64,000 bases of DNA from positions 124,001 through 188,000 of the forward strand of contig BROI01000035.1 in the NCBI GenBank assembly GCA_027923505.1. Direction: 5' to 3'. A program made the position numbers and the translations under genes. The stretch comes from Mayamaea pseudoterrestris. Its lineage: Eukaryota. Under the pieces are notes generated by a model. It was not told the origin of the DNA. It did no database searches and saw only the letters and a list, made by a program, of their open reading frames with translations. Below are positions 63,790 to 64,000 of the stretch, in pieces; position 1 is the stretch's first letter, and every line of letters begins with the position of its first letter.

Positions 63790-64000
63790 TTATCTATATT
63801 TCTTTACATTCTGGATTACACTATCGCATCGAATGCGATAGATTTGAACGTCGCGGCGTGGCTGAACAAACTTGGTCGGAAAGAGCGGCGGCAACCTTTC
63901 GCATTCTTGACCAGTGAAAAGAATCTCCAAGGACAAACCAACGTCAACTAGCTCTCTTCTAAATAAATTCAATGAAGCCTTGTTCCGTAGCGTCGCCGCA
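63790..64000 (-). CDS. 3' end of a gene entering from the right edge, possibly a seven-beta-strand lysine methyltransferase (FAM86/METTL21-like)
   Basis: Frame open from the edge: AATLRNKASLNLFRRELVDVGL...LFPTKFVQPRRDVQIYRI. This resembles the A.T.RN......F...L C-terminal pattern of that family, but only about 70 aa are visible. Confidence 0.4.
   Translation of the reverse strand, partial: AATLRNKASLNLFRRELVDVGLSLEILFTGQECERLPPLFPTKFVQPRRDVQIYRIRCDSVIQNVKKYR

Overview
Gene-dense eukaryotic nuclear DNA, most likely from a diatom. The evidence is short spliceosomal introns of about 70-215 nt, many bipartite 'ASAFAP'-type plastid presequences, RXL-type motifs in secreted proteins, and HSF, CYP97 and PGR5 genes. 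About 32 protein-coding genes are supported, with exon junctions reconstructed by hand: mitochondrial EF-G (partial), TrhO-like rhodanese, UNC-45, a BTB protein, a Gfo/Idh/MocA oxidoreductase, a giant cyclophilin-FG-IQ protein, RNase H1, PGR5, UBA2, HSF, a DUF3593/DUF2499 fusion, a TauD-family dioxygenase, CYP97, a TL17-like pentapeptide protein, an ABCC transporter, a mucin-like membrane protein, GatB, Nudix, two TPR-like paralogues, a triple-repeat secreted protein, an NSF-like AAA ATPase, LSG1, PP2C, a GT-B-like protein, FUN14 and several hypotheticals. There is one 42-bp minisatellite. I saw no rRNA, tRNA, CRISPR array or intact mobile element. The most notable observations are: an apparently plastid/secretory-targeted NSF paralogue with a replaced N-domain; a 4-bp duplication that cuts a plastid presequence off a TPR-like gene; a 1892-aa cyclophilin/FG/IQ chimera; four consecutive plastid-targeted genes including two oxygenases; a Cys-less PGR5; and a GC-AG intron inside an ABC Walker A motif. 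All assignments come from motif recognition, not database searches.
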